Below, in pieces: positions 42,510 to 52,148 of a stretch of 64,000 bases of DNA. The stretch covers positions 10,181 to 74,180 of the forward strand of contig CACEAP010000005.1 in NCBI GenBank assembly GCA_902557645.1, read 5' to 3'. The position numbers were made by a program, and so were the translations under genes. The notes beneath the pieces are model-generated. The model made no database searches. It was not told the DNA's origin and worked only from the letters and a program-made list of their open reading frames with translations. Positions within the stretch are counted from its first letter, which is position 1. Every line of letters starts with the position of its first letter. The stretch is from an uncultured SAR86 cluster bacterium. GTDB taxonomy: Bacteria; Pseudomonadota; Gammaproteobacteria; Magnimaribacterales; D2472.

Positions 42510-42721
42510 GGGTGTCGTGTTTATAGATTGACATGGGGATTTATAAATACTTTTATTTTTACCCTACGAAGGAGGTGGTCCTATTAGTATTAATATTAAA
42601 TCAGGAAACGGAGGATTCACCTTTTGACAAGAGGTAAATCATAAGTTTTCGACTGTAAGTTACTAAATTTTGTAACAAACAGATTTTTTAAACCCTCAAA
42701 TTAACTTTTGAGGGTTTTTTT
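42510..42721 (+). ncRNA. Candidate structured small RNA or sORF-bearing transcript
   Basis: TATAAT at 42498, several stems, extended anti-16S-tail element, ends in a strong terminator; family not recognised. Confidence 0.5.
42690..42721 (+). terminator. Intrinsic terminator
   Basis: AAACCCTCAAA-TTAACT-TTTGAGGGTTT followed by further T residues. Confidence 0.88.
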
Positions 42722-42732
42722 ATATTCTATAT

Positions 42733-43596
42733 ATGCAAATTAAGTATTGGTTATTATTAATTCTGCTTGGTGCAGTTTGGGGCAGTTCTTTTATATTTAT
42801 AAAAATTGCAACTCCTGAATTTGGTCCTATAGCTTTTGTTGGATTAAGGCTACTCCTTGCAGGTTCATTATTTCTGCCATTTTTATTAATGCCGAAATAT
42901 TTAAATCAAATTCATGGACATATATATAAAATTTTATTTCTAAGTTTATTTAATACAGCTATTCCTTTTACTCTTTTTTCATATGCTTCTTTGTACTCAA
43001 ATTCAAACATGTTGGCAATTTTAAATTCAACGGCAGCTCTATTTACAATGATAATTGCTTATTTATGGATAAATGAACCAGTTAGTAAAAAGCAATTATT
43101 GGGTTTAGTTATAGGATTTATTGGTATTTTAATAATAGTTAATCCATTTAATACACAAACAACTCTTATAGCTAGTTTAGCTTGTCTTTTAGCTGCATCA
43201 TCATATGGAACTGCTAATGTATTTATTCAAAAATTTGCTACAGATGTTAATAAATTAGTTTTAATAGGATGGTCACTAATTTTTGGTGGTTTAATTTTTT
43301 TACCATACACCATTATTTCTTTTCCAGAAGTAACACCATCAAAAGAGGCAATTCTTAGTCTTATATGGGCAGGAGCAGTTGGAACTGGCTTAGCTTTTAT
43401 TGGTTATATTCGTTTAATAGAAAAAATTGGTGCTGTTAAGACCTCAACTGTTGCTTATTTTTTACCCGTATTTGGCATTATTTGGGGTAATTTATTTTTA
43501 GATGAATTAATCACTTTCATCATTATATTTGGTTGTATTACAGTTTTAATTGGTATCTTTATAGCCAATTCGAATAAGCCGTCTGCTGAGTTGTAA
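42733..43596 (+). CDS. DMT / EamA family transporter
   Basis: WGSSF...RL, about 10 TM segments, two EamA repeats. Confidence 0.9.
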   Translation: MQIKYWLLLILLGAVWGSSFIFIKIATPEFGPIAFVGLRLLLAGSLFLPFLLMPKYLNQIHGHIYKILFLSLFNTAIPFTLFSYASLYSNSNMLAILNSTAALFTMIIAYLWINEPVSKKQLLGLVIGFIGILIIVNPFNTQTTLIASLACLLAASSYGTANVFIQKFATDVNKLVLIGWSLIFGGLIFLPYTIISFPEVTPSKEAILSLIWAGAVGTGLAFIGYIRLIEKIGAVKTSTVAYFLPVFGIIWGNLFLDELITFIIIFGCITVLIGIFIANSNKPSAEL

Positions 43597-43640
43597 TTCC
43601 TTATTGGAAAGTCTATATTTATATTATCTATGGAGTTTTT

Positions 43641-44012
43641 ATGGCTACAATAAATGAGTTATTAGATATTGCAAATGATTCTGTAACTCGTGTTGATTTT
43701 GATACTGCAAATGAAATGATTCTAAATGGCGCATATATAGTTGATGTACGTGAAGAATCTGAGGTTGCTCAATCAGGTAAAATTAAAGATGCTATTCATA
43801 TTCCAAGAGGATTAATAGAATTTCAATTAAGCGCTGAATCAACAACCAACCCTTTAGATATCAATAAAGATTCTGATCTTCTTATATATTGTGCCGCAGG
43901 AATTAGGGCTGCTTTAGCTGCAAAGACTCTTCAAGACCTAGGTTTTAAAAATGTTTACAACCTCGGTGGATTATCTGAATGGGTTAGCAGTGGCGGAGCT
44001 ATAGAACCCTAG
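43641..44012 (+). CDS. Rhodanese-like protein
   Basis: VDVRE, HIPRG, YCAAGIR, LGGLSEW. Confidence 0.9.
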   Translation: MATINELLDIANDSVTRVDFDTANEMILNGAYIVDVREESEVAQSGKIKDAIHIPRGLIEFQLSAESTTNPLDINKDSDLLIYCAAGIRAALAAKTLQDLGFKNVYNLGGLSEWVSSGGAIEP

Positions 44013-45703
44013 GGCTTAAAGTCATTATTATAAAAATTATTCATTGATTTAAATAAATTTTCTTCATAAATTTTGGTATATGACATTTCAGTTTGATAAT
44101 TCATTTGCATAGTTTTTTGATCAGAAAATCTTGGCCAACCAAACTTGCTCAAATCTCCAGTTTTTGCAAAGTTTGTCCAATCTAATCTCATTTGCCTGCC
44201 TATATCATCATCGATATTATTTTTTGGCCAACCAGGTATAAACGAATTAAATAAATACATTATTTCAGCACCATGAGTTGCACCTATAATTTGTTTTGAT
44301 GATGCTGGAGCTCGATTAAAATAATAAAAATAAGTATCTGCATTAACTTTGCTATGATTTGTTGCAGAATAATAACTTGAGCTACCAAAATTTAAATCAC
44401 CCCATAGTTTTTGAGATGCTAAATATTTATCAAGTTTTATATTTTTAGCCCAATCAATATACTCAGAGGGAATTTTGGTTGATTGGTCTGTAATAGCAAG
44501 TTTCCATATAGTACTAGTCCAATCTGAATCATTTTCATTTTGATCTTTAGTATAAAATAATGGCAGCAAACTAGAACCTTCAAAGCTATTAAAACCTATC
44601 AATAATGGCACATTATGTGTTTTACCATAACGTGATACGTTTAAATCTGAATCTTCAAAAACCCACCCATCAATAACTGGCATCCAGTAACTTGATATTT
44701 GCCAATCATCTTCACTTGTTACATTTTCACCAATAGACAAGCTTCCAACCTGTATTAGATTTTCTGCTGATATTTTTCTAAGATTATTTAAGAGATTTTC
44801 ATCTTCTATAACACCTAGAGTTCTTACAAAGTCTCTACCAGCATCTTCAGCTGACTTTACTGAACCATTTGAGGTATTTAAATTAATATAATTTCTTATA
44901 CCATAACTGCTCTGCGCAATAGCTTTATGAAATAAACCTTTTGATAAAGGTGATGACATTAATTGTCTTACAGAATGTCCGCCAGCAGATTCACCAAATA
45001 TAGTAATATTATCAGGATCACCACCAAAGGCTTCTATATTATCTTTTATCCATTTAAGTGCATGTATTTGATCTAGAGTGCCATAGTTACCAGAGGAATT
45101 ATTTTTTGACTCAGCAGAAAGAGCTGGATGCGCAAAATATCCCATAGAACCTAATCTATAATTAATTGATACAATAATTACATCATTTTTAACCAGATCT
45201 TCATTTAAATAGGAACCAGATCCATTACCGTATCTATAACCACCACCATGAATCCACATCATTACTGGTAGTTTTTTATTAATATTTTTTGGGGTAACTA
45301 TATTTAAATAAAGACAATCTTCTGATTGATTATCTTCGCCATTTAAAAATGGCATAAGACCAGCCCCCAGATATATTAATTTTTTAGAAAACCAGCTCAT
45401 TCCTGAACCTTCGATCCATAGTTCAATAAAAGCATTTAAACCATACTCAACAGGTTGCATACATGAATTGGGTAACTCAATTGCTAAAAGTTTATCATTC
45501 CAACCTTTATGTTCTAGAGGAGGTTTCCATCTAAGCTGATTTATCGGAGGTTCAGCATAAGGTATACCCTCAAAAATATTTACAGCATTTCCCTCGTAAC
45601 CATATATATCACCTTGACTTATAGTTATCTTTTCGGTGAGCACTTTATCTTTTTCAGCACAACCAACCAAAAAGATAAATAATAGAGCACATAAATATTT
45701 CAT
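44009..45703 (-). CDS. Carboxylesterase type B, lipoprotein
   Basis: GAAGGGGG SD then ATG 45703, lipobox LVGC; SEDCLYLN, HGGG, GESAG, HGAE. Confidence 0.9.
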   Translation of the reverse strand: MKYLCALLFIFLVGCAEKDKVLTEKITISQGDIYGYEGNAVNIFEGIPYAEPPINQLRWKPPLEHKGWNDKLLAIELPNSCMQPVEYGLNAFIELWIEGSGMSWFSKKLIYLGAGLMPFLNGEDNQSEDCLYLNIVTPKNINKKLPVMMWIHGGGYRYGNGSGSYLNEDLVKNDVIIVSINYRLGSMGYFAHPALSAESKNNSSGNYGTLDQIHALKWIKDNIEAFGGDPDNITIFGESAGGHSVRQLMSSPLSKGLFHKAIAQSSYGIRNYINLNTSNGSVKSAEDAGRDFVRTLGVIEDENLLNNLRKISAENLIQVGSLSIGENVTSEDDWQISSYWMPVIDGWVFEDSDLNVSRYGKTHNVPLLIGFNSFEGSSLLPLFYTKDQNENDSDWTSTIWKLAITDQSTKIPSEYIDWAKNIKLDKYLASQKLWGDLNFGSSSYYSATNHSKVNADTYFYYFNRAPASSKQIIGATHGAEIMYLFNSFIPGWPKNNIDDDIGRQMRLDWTNFAKTGDLSKFGWPRFSDQKTMQMNYQTEMSYTKIYEENLFKSMNNFYNNDFKP

Positions 45704-45800
45704 TAATTTAACCCCCTTCAATTAATTACATATATCATGTCTAAAGTTATAATACATATAAATATGTTATCAATAAATAAATATTCAATTTTCTATATAT

Positions 45801-47246
45801 ATGCATAAAGACGTTATTGTAATTGGAGCAGGCATTTCAGGTATTGGAGCTGCTTACAATCTCCAAAAAAGCTGTAAAACAAAATCTTATTGTATTCTTG
45901 AAGGCAGAGATAATATTGGTGGAACTTGGGATTTGTTTAAATATCCAGGTATAAGATCTGATTCAGATATGCATACTCTTGGTTTTAGGTTCAAGCCATG
46001 GATTAATAAAAAATCCATCGCTGATGGCCCATCAATTATGAATTATTTAAATGAGACGGTTGATGAGTTTCATATCAGAGAGAAAATACTATTTAATCAT
46101 AAAATATTATCTGCTAACTGGATAACAGAAAAATCGCATTGGAGTCTTGAGGTTATTAATAATGGCAAGAAACTAAATATGACATCCAATTTTTTATTTA
46201 TGTGTGGTGGTTATTACAGTTATGACAATCCTTATAGACCTAAATTTCCTAATGAAGAGAGTTTCAAAGGCGTAATTTTACATCCTCAATTTTGGGATGA
46301 ATCTCTTGATTATGCTGATAAAAATATAATTGTAATAGGTAGCGGAGCTACAGCTGTGACCCTTGTTCCAGCTTTAGCAAAAAAAGCTAAACATGTGTGC
46401 ATGTTACAAAGATCACCGAGCTATGTAATTGCTGCACCAGAAGAAGATGCAATAAATAAAAGACTTAAGAAAATCTTACCAAAAAGAACTGCTTATTTTT
46501 TAACTCGATGGAAAAATATTCTCTTAACAAGTTTATTTTTTAAACTTTCTAGAAAATATCCTGAAAGAACAAAGACAAGATTAGTAAATCAGGTTAAAGA
46601 TGAATTAGGCGATAATTTTGATGTTGATAAACATTTTACACCTAGCTATAAGCCTTGGGATCAAAGGATGTGCCTAGTTCCTGATGGTGATCTTTTTAAT
46701 GCAATGAAATCAGGCAAAGCTTCTGTGGTAACAGATCACATTGAGAGTTTTACAGAAAAGGGTATTAATCTTAAATCTGGTGAGCAATTAGAAACAGACA
46801 TTATTATTACAGCTACTGGGATAGAGCTTAATGTTCTGAATGATGTAAAAGTTTATATAGATGGAAAAGATATAGAGCCACATAATAGACTTGCCTATAA
46901 AGGTATGATGTTAGGCGGAGTACCAAATTTGGCTTTTTCATTCGGTTATGTCAATGCTTCATGGACACTTAGAGCTGATCTAACATGTGAATATGTATGT
47001 AGATTATTAAACCAAATGGATAAAGAAAAAGTTTCTATTTGTATGCCTCAAGAAGATCCATTGGCCGAAGCTGATGATGATTATATAGACTTTACATCGG
47101 GCTATGTTCAAAGAGCTTTAGATAGACTACCTCAACAAGGTAAAAAGTCACCTTGGAGAAATTATCAAAATTATTTATTAGATATTTTTTACGTTAGGCT
47201 ATTTTCATTGAAAGACTCAACAATGCGTTTTTATAACTCAAAATAA
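45801..47246 (+). CDS. Flavin monooxygenase, Baeyer-Villiger EthA/AlmA-like
   Basis: GAGISG, GGTWDLFKYPGIRSDSD, FKGVILHPQFW (FxGxxxHxxxW), GSGATA. Confidence 0.9.
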   Translation: MHKDVIVIGAGISGIGAAYNLQKSCKTKSYCILEGRDNIGGTWDLFKYPGIRSDSDMHTLGFRFKPWINKKSIADGPSIMNYLNETVDEFHIREKILFNHKILSANWITEKSHWSLEVINNGKKLNMTSNFLFMCGGYYSYDNPYRPKFPNEESFKGVILHPQFWDESLDYADKNIIVIGSGATAVTLVPALAKKAKHVCMLQRSPSYVIAAPEEDAINKRLKKILPKRTAYFLTRWKNILLTSLFFKLSRKYPERTKTRLVNQVKDELGDNFDVDKHFTPSYKPWDQRMCLVPDGDLFNAMKSGKASVVTDHIESFTEKGINLKSGEQLETDIIITATGIELNVLNDVKVYIDGKDIEPHNRLAYKGMMLGGVPNLAFSFGYVNASWTLRADLTCEYVCRLLNQMDKEKVSICMPQEDPLAEADDDYIDFTSGYVQRALDRLPQQGKKSPWRNYQNYLLDIFYVRLFSLKDSTMRFYNSK

Positions 47247-47247
47247 T

Positions 47248-47324
47248 TGGCGCGCCCGGGAAGATTCGAACTCCCGACCCCTTGGTTCGAAGCCAAGTAC
47301 TCTATCCAGCTGAGCTACAGGCGC
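47248..47324 (-). tRNA. tRNA-Arg(TCG)
   Basis: Reverse complement GCGCCTGTAGCTCAGCTGGATAGAGTACTTGGCTTCGAACCAAGGGGTCGGGAGTTCGAATCTTCCCGGGCGCGCCA; arm CTTGG-CTTCGAA-CCAAG. Confidence 0.96.
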
Positions 47325-47440
47325 TATTAATTTTTTCTATTGTATAATTTTTAGAAGTTTTCAGGAAAGAATTATCCTATTTGTTTATGTAGTTTTATAT
47401 AATATTTAATATACTATAAGTACATTAATAGGGGGTTTTT

Positions 47441-49123
47441 GTGAATAGTTATGATTTTATTATTTTAGGTGCTGGATCAGCTGGATGCGTTCTCGCTAAT
47501 AGGTTAAGTCAGAACCCTGATATTAATGTATGTCTAATTGAAGCTGGCTCAAAAGACAATGACCCTAGATTACATATTCCAATTGGTTTTGCTTTTTTAG
47601 GTGACAAGAGTAAATACAGTTGGTCGTACGATACAGTTCCTCAAAAAGAATTTGAAAAAGTACCAGTTTCTGAACCTGAATCAGTTGCAGTTGATTCAGC
47701 AGGCGGTGTACACAAGATGCCTAATGAATCAACAGAACATAGAAAAGGTTTTCAGCCAAGAGGGAAGACATTAGGTGGATCAAGTTCAATTAATGCAATG
47801 TTATATGTAAGAGGGCATAAGTGGGATTATAACCACTGGTCAGAACTTGGTAATGATGGTTGGTCCTATGATGAAGTATTACCATACTTTAAAAAAGCAG
47901 AACATAATGAGGAACATGACAATAAATATCATGGTCAAAATGGCCCTTTAAATGTGAGTAAAATTCGTCATCAACCAGAATCCTGTGATGCCTTTGTAAA
48001 AGCAGGCTCCGCTTTATTTAAATATAACGACGATTTTAATGGTGAAGACCAAGAGGGATTTGGTTATTATCAAACTACTCAAATTAATGGAAAAAGATGT
48101 AGCGCTGCAAAAGCTTATTTAGTGCCAGCTCTTGAAAGAGAAAATCTAACTGTGCTAACTGATACTAATGTAAATAAAATTTTAATTGAAAATAATTCTG
48201 CAAAAGGTGTTGAATGTATTGATTCTGAAAATAATACAATTCAATTATTTGCTGATAAAGAAGTTATACTTTCATCAGGCGCCTTTGGATCGCCTCAAAT
48301 CTTACTAAGATCAGGAGTAGGTCCTGCAAATGAAATTACTAAACATGGTATTGATCATAAGGTTGATTTACCTGGTGTTGGGAAGAATCTACAAGATCAT
48401 ATAGACTATTTAACAGTTCATAAATATAACTCTATTAATTTAATAGGTTTTAACTTGAAAACTATATTTTTTAAATTCCCTTTAGAGATTCTTAAGTATT
48501 GGTTTAAAAAAACAGGATTATTTACTTCAACTATAGCTGAAGCTGGTGCCTTTATAAAAACGCGTGATGATTTAAAAGCTCCAAATATTCAATATCATTA
48601 TGCTCCTGCTATGGTTGTTGATCATGGAAGAACAAGTGTATGGGGCACTGGTATGAGTTGTCATTCATGCTTATTGAGACCTAAATCAAGAGGCGAAGTA
48701 ACACTCGAGTCTGCAGATCCATTTGCAGATCCATTAATAGATCCTAAATTTTTAAGTCATCCGGATGATGTTAAAGATATGATTGATGGATATAAAATCA
48801 TGATGAAGGTCTTAAATACAGAACCATTTTCTAAATATATTCAAGAGCATACACAGAGGCCTGTTGATGTAAATGATGATGCTGATATCGAACTAGCTAT
48901 TCGTGAGGATGCTGATACTGTTTATCATCCTGTTGGTACATGTAAAATGGGAAATGATGATATGAGTGTTGTTAATAATAGATTGAAAGTTCACAATATG
49001 AATAACTTAAGAGTTGTTGATGCTTCTATTATGCCAACCTTAGTAGGAGGTAATACTAATGCGCCTACTATTATGATAGGTGAAAAAGCATCAGATATGA
49101 TTATAGAGGATTGGAATATTTAA
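47441..49123 (+). CDS. GMC oxidoreductase (AlkJ / choline dehydrogenase-like)
   Basis: GAGSAG, PRGKTLGGSSSINAM, NLQDH, YHPVGTCKMG, GNTNAP; GTG start. Confidence 0.92.
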   Translation: MNSYDFIILGAGSAGCVLANRLSQNPDINVCLIEAGSKDNDPRLHIPIGFAFLGDKSKYSWSYDTVPQKEFEKVPVSEPESVAVDSAGGVHKMPNESTEHRKGFQPRGKTLGGSSSINAMLYVRGHKWDYNHWSELGNDGWSYDEVLPYFKKAEHNEEHDNKYHGQNGPLNVSKIRHQPESCDAFVKAGSALFKYNDDFNGEDQEGFGYYQTTQINGKRCSAAKAYLVPALERENLTVLTDTNVNKILIENNSAKGVECIDSENNTIQLFADKEVILSSGAFGSPQILLRSGVGPANEITKHGIDHKVDLPGVGKNLQDHIDYLTVHKYNSINLIGFNLKTIFFKFPLEILKYWFKKTGLFTSTIAEAGAFIKTRDDLKAPNIQYHYAPAMVVDHGRTSVWGTGMSCHSCLLRPKSRGEVTLESADPFADPLIDPKFLSHPDDVKDMIDGYKIMMKVLNTEPFSKYIQEHTQRPVDVNDDADIELAIREDADTVYHPVGTCKMGNDDMSVVNNRLKVHNMNNLRVVDASIMPTLVGGNTNAPTIMIGEKASDMIIEDWNI

Positions 49124-49163
49124 TTTATCAATTGATTAAATGGGTCTACATTAAAATAGGGGA

Positions 49164-51320
49164 ATGAATATGAATAAATTATTGAAGAAAATATTGTTAT
49201 CAATACCTTTTGTATTGTTATTTGTTTATGTCGTTCTATATATAGATGTTTATGATAAGAGACCAATAATAGGTCTTTTTAAGAATATTACACACTCTGA
49301 ATCAGCCCTTGAAATTGTTGATTTTTCTGTTGATAAGCCTATATCTGAAAAGATTAAACCTGCTCCAAATCCTAATAAAAACCCATATTATGGAGATCTA
49401 CATGTACATACAAAATATTCATTTGATGCCTATGTATTCGGTGTAACAGCATCACCAGATGATGCTTATGACTTTGCAAAAGGTAAAGGCATAATGCACC
49501 CACTTGGTTATGAGATGAAGTTACAGGAGCCATTAGATTTTTACTCAGTAACAGACCATGGTTTTTATATGGGAATGATTCAAGCTTATGCTGATACAAC
49601 TACTGATATATCGCAAAATGATTTTGCTGTACCTTTTCATAATTTAAATGCCCCTGAAAATCTTGTTGTTGAGTCAGCCGGTCAACGTTCAAATATTTTT
49701 AGTAATGTTTTAGCTGCTGCAATTATTAATCCTATGCCATGGTGGCATCCAAGGACTTTGAAAGCTTGGTTTACTAATAATACGCAATTAGCCCTTGAAT
49801 CATTTGATTATGAGATACATAAGTCAGCATGGGCTGATGTAGCAAGATCTGCAAATGAGCATAATGACCCTGGTCATTTTACAACTTTTATCGGTTATGA
49901 ATTTACAACCTCAACAGATACAGAGGGTGGAAATCTTCATAGAAATGTTATTTTTAATTCATCAAAAGCACCAATTAGACCTTGGACTAGAATTGATTCA
50001 ATAAATCCTGAAGATCTATGGACCTGGCAAGATGGACTAAGAGAAAAAGGTATAGATACTGTATCGATGCCTCACAATAGTAACGGTTCAAATGGACAAA
50101 TGTTTGAAATGGAAACATTTAAAGGTGATGCTATAAATCGTAAATATGCAGAACAAAGAATGAGAAATGAGCCACTGGTCGAGATAACTCAAGTTAAGGG
50201 AACATCAGAAACTCATCCTTTATTATCGCCAGATGATAATTGGGCTGATTTTGAAATAATGGATAAGAGAGTAGGAAGTAGACCACCAACCTATAGCAAA
50301 CCATCTGGAAGTTATGTTAGAGAAGCATATCAAAATGGCTTAACACTTGATTGGGCTAATCAAGGCAATCCATATAAATTTGGTTTAATAGGTTCAAGTG
50401 ATACTCATACTGGCGGAGGCTCGTTTGATGAATCTAATTATTGGTCTAAAGTAGGTTTGTTAGATGGTGATGGAGTTAATAGAGGAAGTGTTCCTGTTAG
50501 TCCAGAGCAAGAACAACTTCTCATAGATTATATGAATGCATTTAACCAACCAAATGCATTAGTTGACCTTGAAGCAGGAACATTCGCAAATACTGGATTT
50601 ACTCAATGGGGCGCATCAGGATTAGCTGTTGCATGGGCAGAAGAAAATACTAGAGAGTCTATATTTAATGCTTTTAAGCGTAAAGAAACATTTGCAACAA
50701 CAGGAACTCGAATTGCAGTTCGATTTTTTGCAGGATATGACCTTAAAACACTTGATTTAGATTCAGATACTTTAGTAAGTGATGCTTATAAAAAAGGTGT
50801 GACTATGGGTTCGGACATTATGAATGATGATAATAAAACACCTGATTTTTTAGTTTGGGCTCAAGGAGACAAGAATGGAGCTCCACTTCAACGTATTCAA
50901 ATAGTAAAGGGTTGGATAGATATGAACAGCGGCACTCCATATGAAAAAATTTATGATGTAGCTTGTTCAGATGGAATGAGTGTAGATCCTATAACTAATA
51001 GATGCCCTGATAATGGTGCAAGAGTTAATATAAATGATTGCTCAATTTCTCAAAATGTAGGCGCAACAGAATTAAAATCGATATGGATAGATCCTGATTT
51101 TGATTCAACAGTAAAAGCATTTTATTATGTTAGAGTTCTAGAAAACCCAACTTGTAGATGGTCCACATGGGATGCAATCAAAGCTGGTTACACACCAAGA
51201 GAAGATCTTCATGAAACTATTCAAGAAAGAGCATGGTCGTCACCTATATGGTACGTACCCGGTATTTCAGAATATACAGTTATTCCGTTAGGCGGAACTG
51301 TTGCTGTTGATGACCAATAA
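49164..51320 (+). CDS. DUF3604 family protein (PHP-like metalloenzyme), membrane-anchored
   Basis: GDLHVHT, TDH, NLHRNV, PHNSN, SSDTH, QERAWSSPIW. Confidence 0.85.
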   Translation: MNMNKLLKKILLSIPFVLLFVYVVLYIDVYDKRPIIGLFKNITHSESALEIVDFSVDKPISEKIKPAPNPNKNPYYGDLHVHTKYSFDAYVFGVTASPDDAYDFAKGKGIMHPLGYEMKLQEPLDFYSVTDHGFYMGMIQAYADTTTDISQNDFAVPFHNLNAPENLVVESAGQRSNIFSNVLAAAIINPMPWWHPRTLKAWFTNNTQLALESFDYEIHKSAWADVARSANEHNDPGHFTTFIGYEFTTSTDTEGGNLHRNVIFNSSKAPIRPWTRIDSINPEDLWTWQDGLREKGIDTVSMPHNSNGSNGQMFEMETFKGDAINRKYAEQRMRNEPLVEITQVKGTSETHPLLSPDDNWADFEIMDKRVGSRPPTYSKPSGSYVREAYQNGLTLDWANQGNPYKFGLIGSSDTHTGGGSFDESNYWSKVGLLDGDGVNRGSVPVSPEQEQLLIDYMNAFNQPNALVDLEAGTFANTGFTQWGASGLAVAWAEENTRESIFNAFKRKETFATTGTRIAVRFFAGYDLKTLDLDSDTLVSDAYKKGVTMGSDIMNDDNKTPDFLVWAQGDKNGAPLQRIQIVKGWIDMNSGTPYEKIYDVACSDGMSVDPITNRCPDNGARVNINDCSISQNVGATELKSIWIDPDFDSTVKAFYYVRVLENPTCRWSTWDAIKAGYTPREDLHETIQERAWSSPIWYVPGISEYTVIPLGGTVAVDDQ

Positions 51321-51344
51321 ATTTTATTTATATAAATAAAGCAA

Positions 51345-52148
51345 TTGAAAACGAAAATATTTATATTTTTTATTATTGGTCTCTTTATCTATCTTATTGA
51401 TATAGGGTTGAACCCTCAAGAAAACCCTAAAGAGATTTATATATCTGATCAAGAGGTACTTAGTCTTGTAAGTGCTTGGGAGTCACAAGTTGGGAGAAAG
51501 CCTACGGATGATGAGATATCTCGGATATTAAACAATTTAATTGAAGAAGAAATATTATACAGAGAAGCTCTATTATTAGGGTTAGATCAAGAAGATAGGA
51601 TTATTAAAAGAAGATTAGCTCAGAAAATATCATTTTTAAAACAAGAAACTTTAATTGATAAACCTTCAAACAAAGATCTTATTAATTTCTATGATGTAAA
51701 TAAAGATAATTATTTTGTTAAACCTACTTTCACTTTTACACATTATTTTTTTAGTGCTGAAAATAATTCATTAGTTAGATCTAATAATGCATTCAAAGAT
51801 ATATTAGCAGGATCTAATAATATTGAAGCTGATCCTTTCTTTCTTGGAAAAAATTTTGTAGAAAAAAATACAGATGAAATTAGCAGAAGTTTTGGAAAAA
51901 TCTTTAGTCTTAACTTTACTAAGGATATAACTCTCAATGAGTGGTTAGGGCCATTCAAATCTTCATTTGGCCATCATATTATTAAAGTCAATAGAACAAG
52001 CTCAGGCTATTATCCAATGATTACAGAGGTATTAAATCAAGTTGAGATAGACTTACTAGCACAAAAAAGAGATCAAGCTATTAAAGAATACATAGCTACA
52101 GTTAAATTAGAATATAAAGTTTATGTAAATCAAAATCTAGAATATTGA
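51345..52148 (+). CDS. PpiC-type peptidyl-prolyl isomerase domain protein
   Basis: EEEILYREALLLGLD, IIKRRLAQK, WLGPFKSSFGHH. Confidence 0.82.
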   Translation: MKTKIFIFFIIGLFIYLIDIGLNPQENPKEIYISDQEVLSLVSAWESQVGRKPTDDEISRILNNLIEEEILYREALLLGLDQEDRIIKRRLAQKISFLKQETLIDKPSNKDLINFYDVNKDNYFVKPTFTFTHYFFSAENNSLVRSNNAFKDILAGSNNIEADPFFLGKNFVEKNTDEISRSFGKIFSLNFTKDITLNEWLGPFKSSFGHHIIKVNRTSSGYYPMITEVLNQVEIDLLAQKRDQAIKEYIATVKLEYKVYVNQNLEY

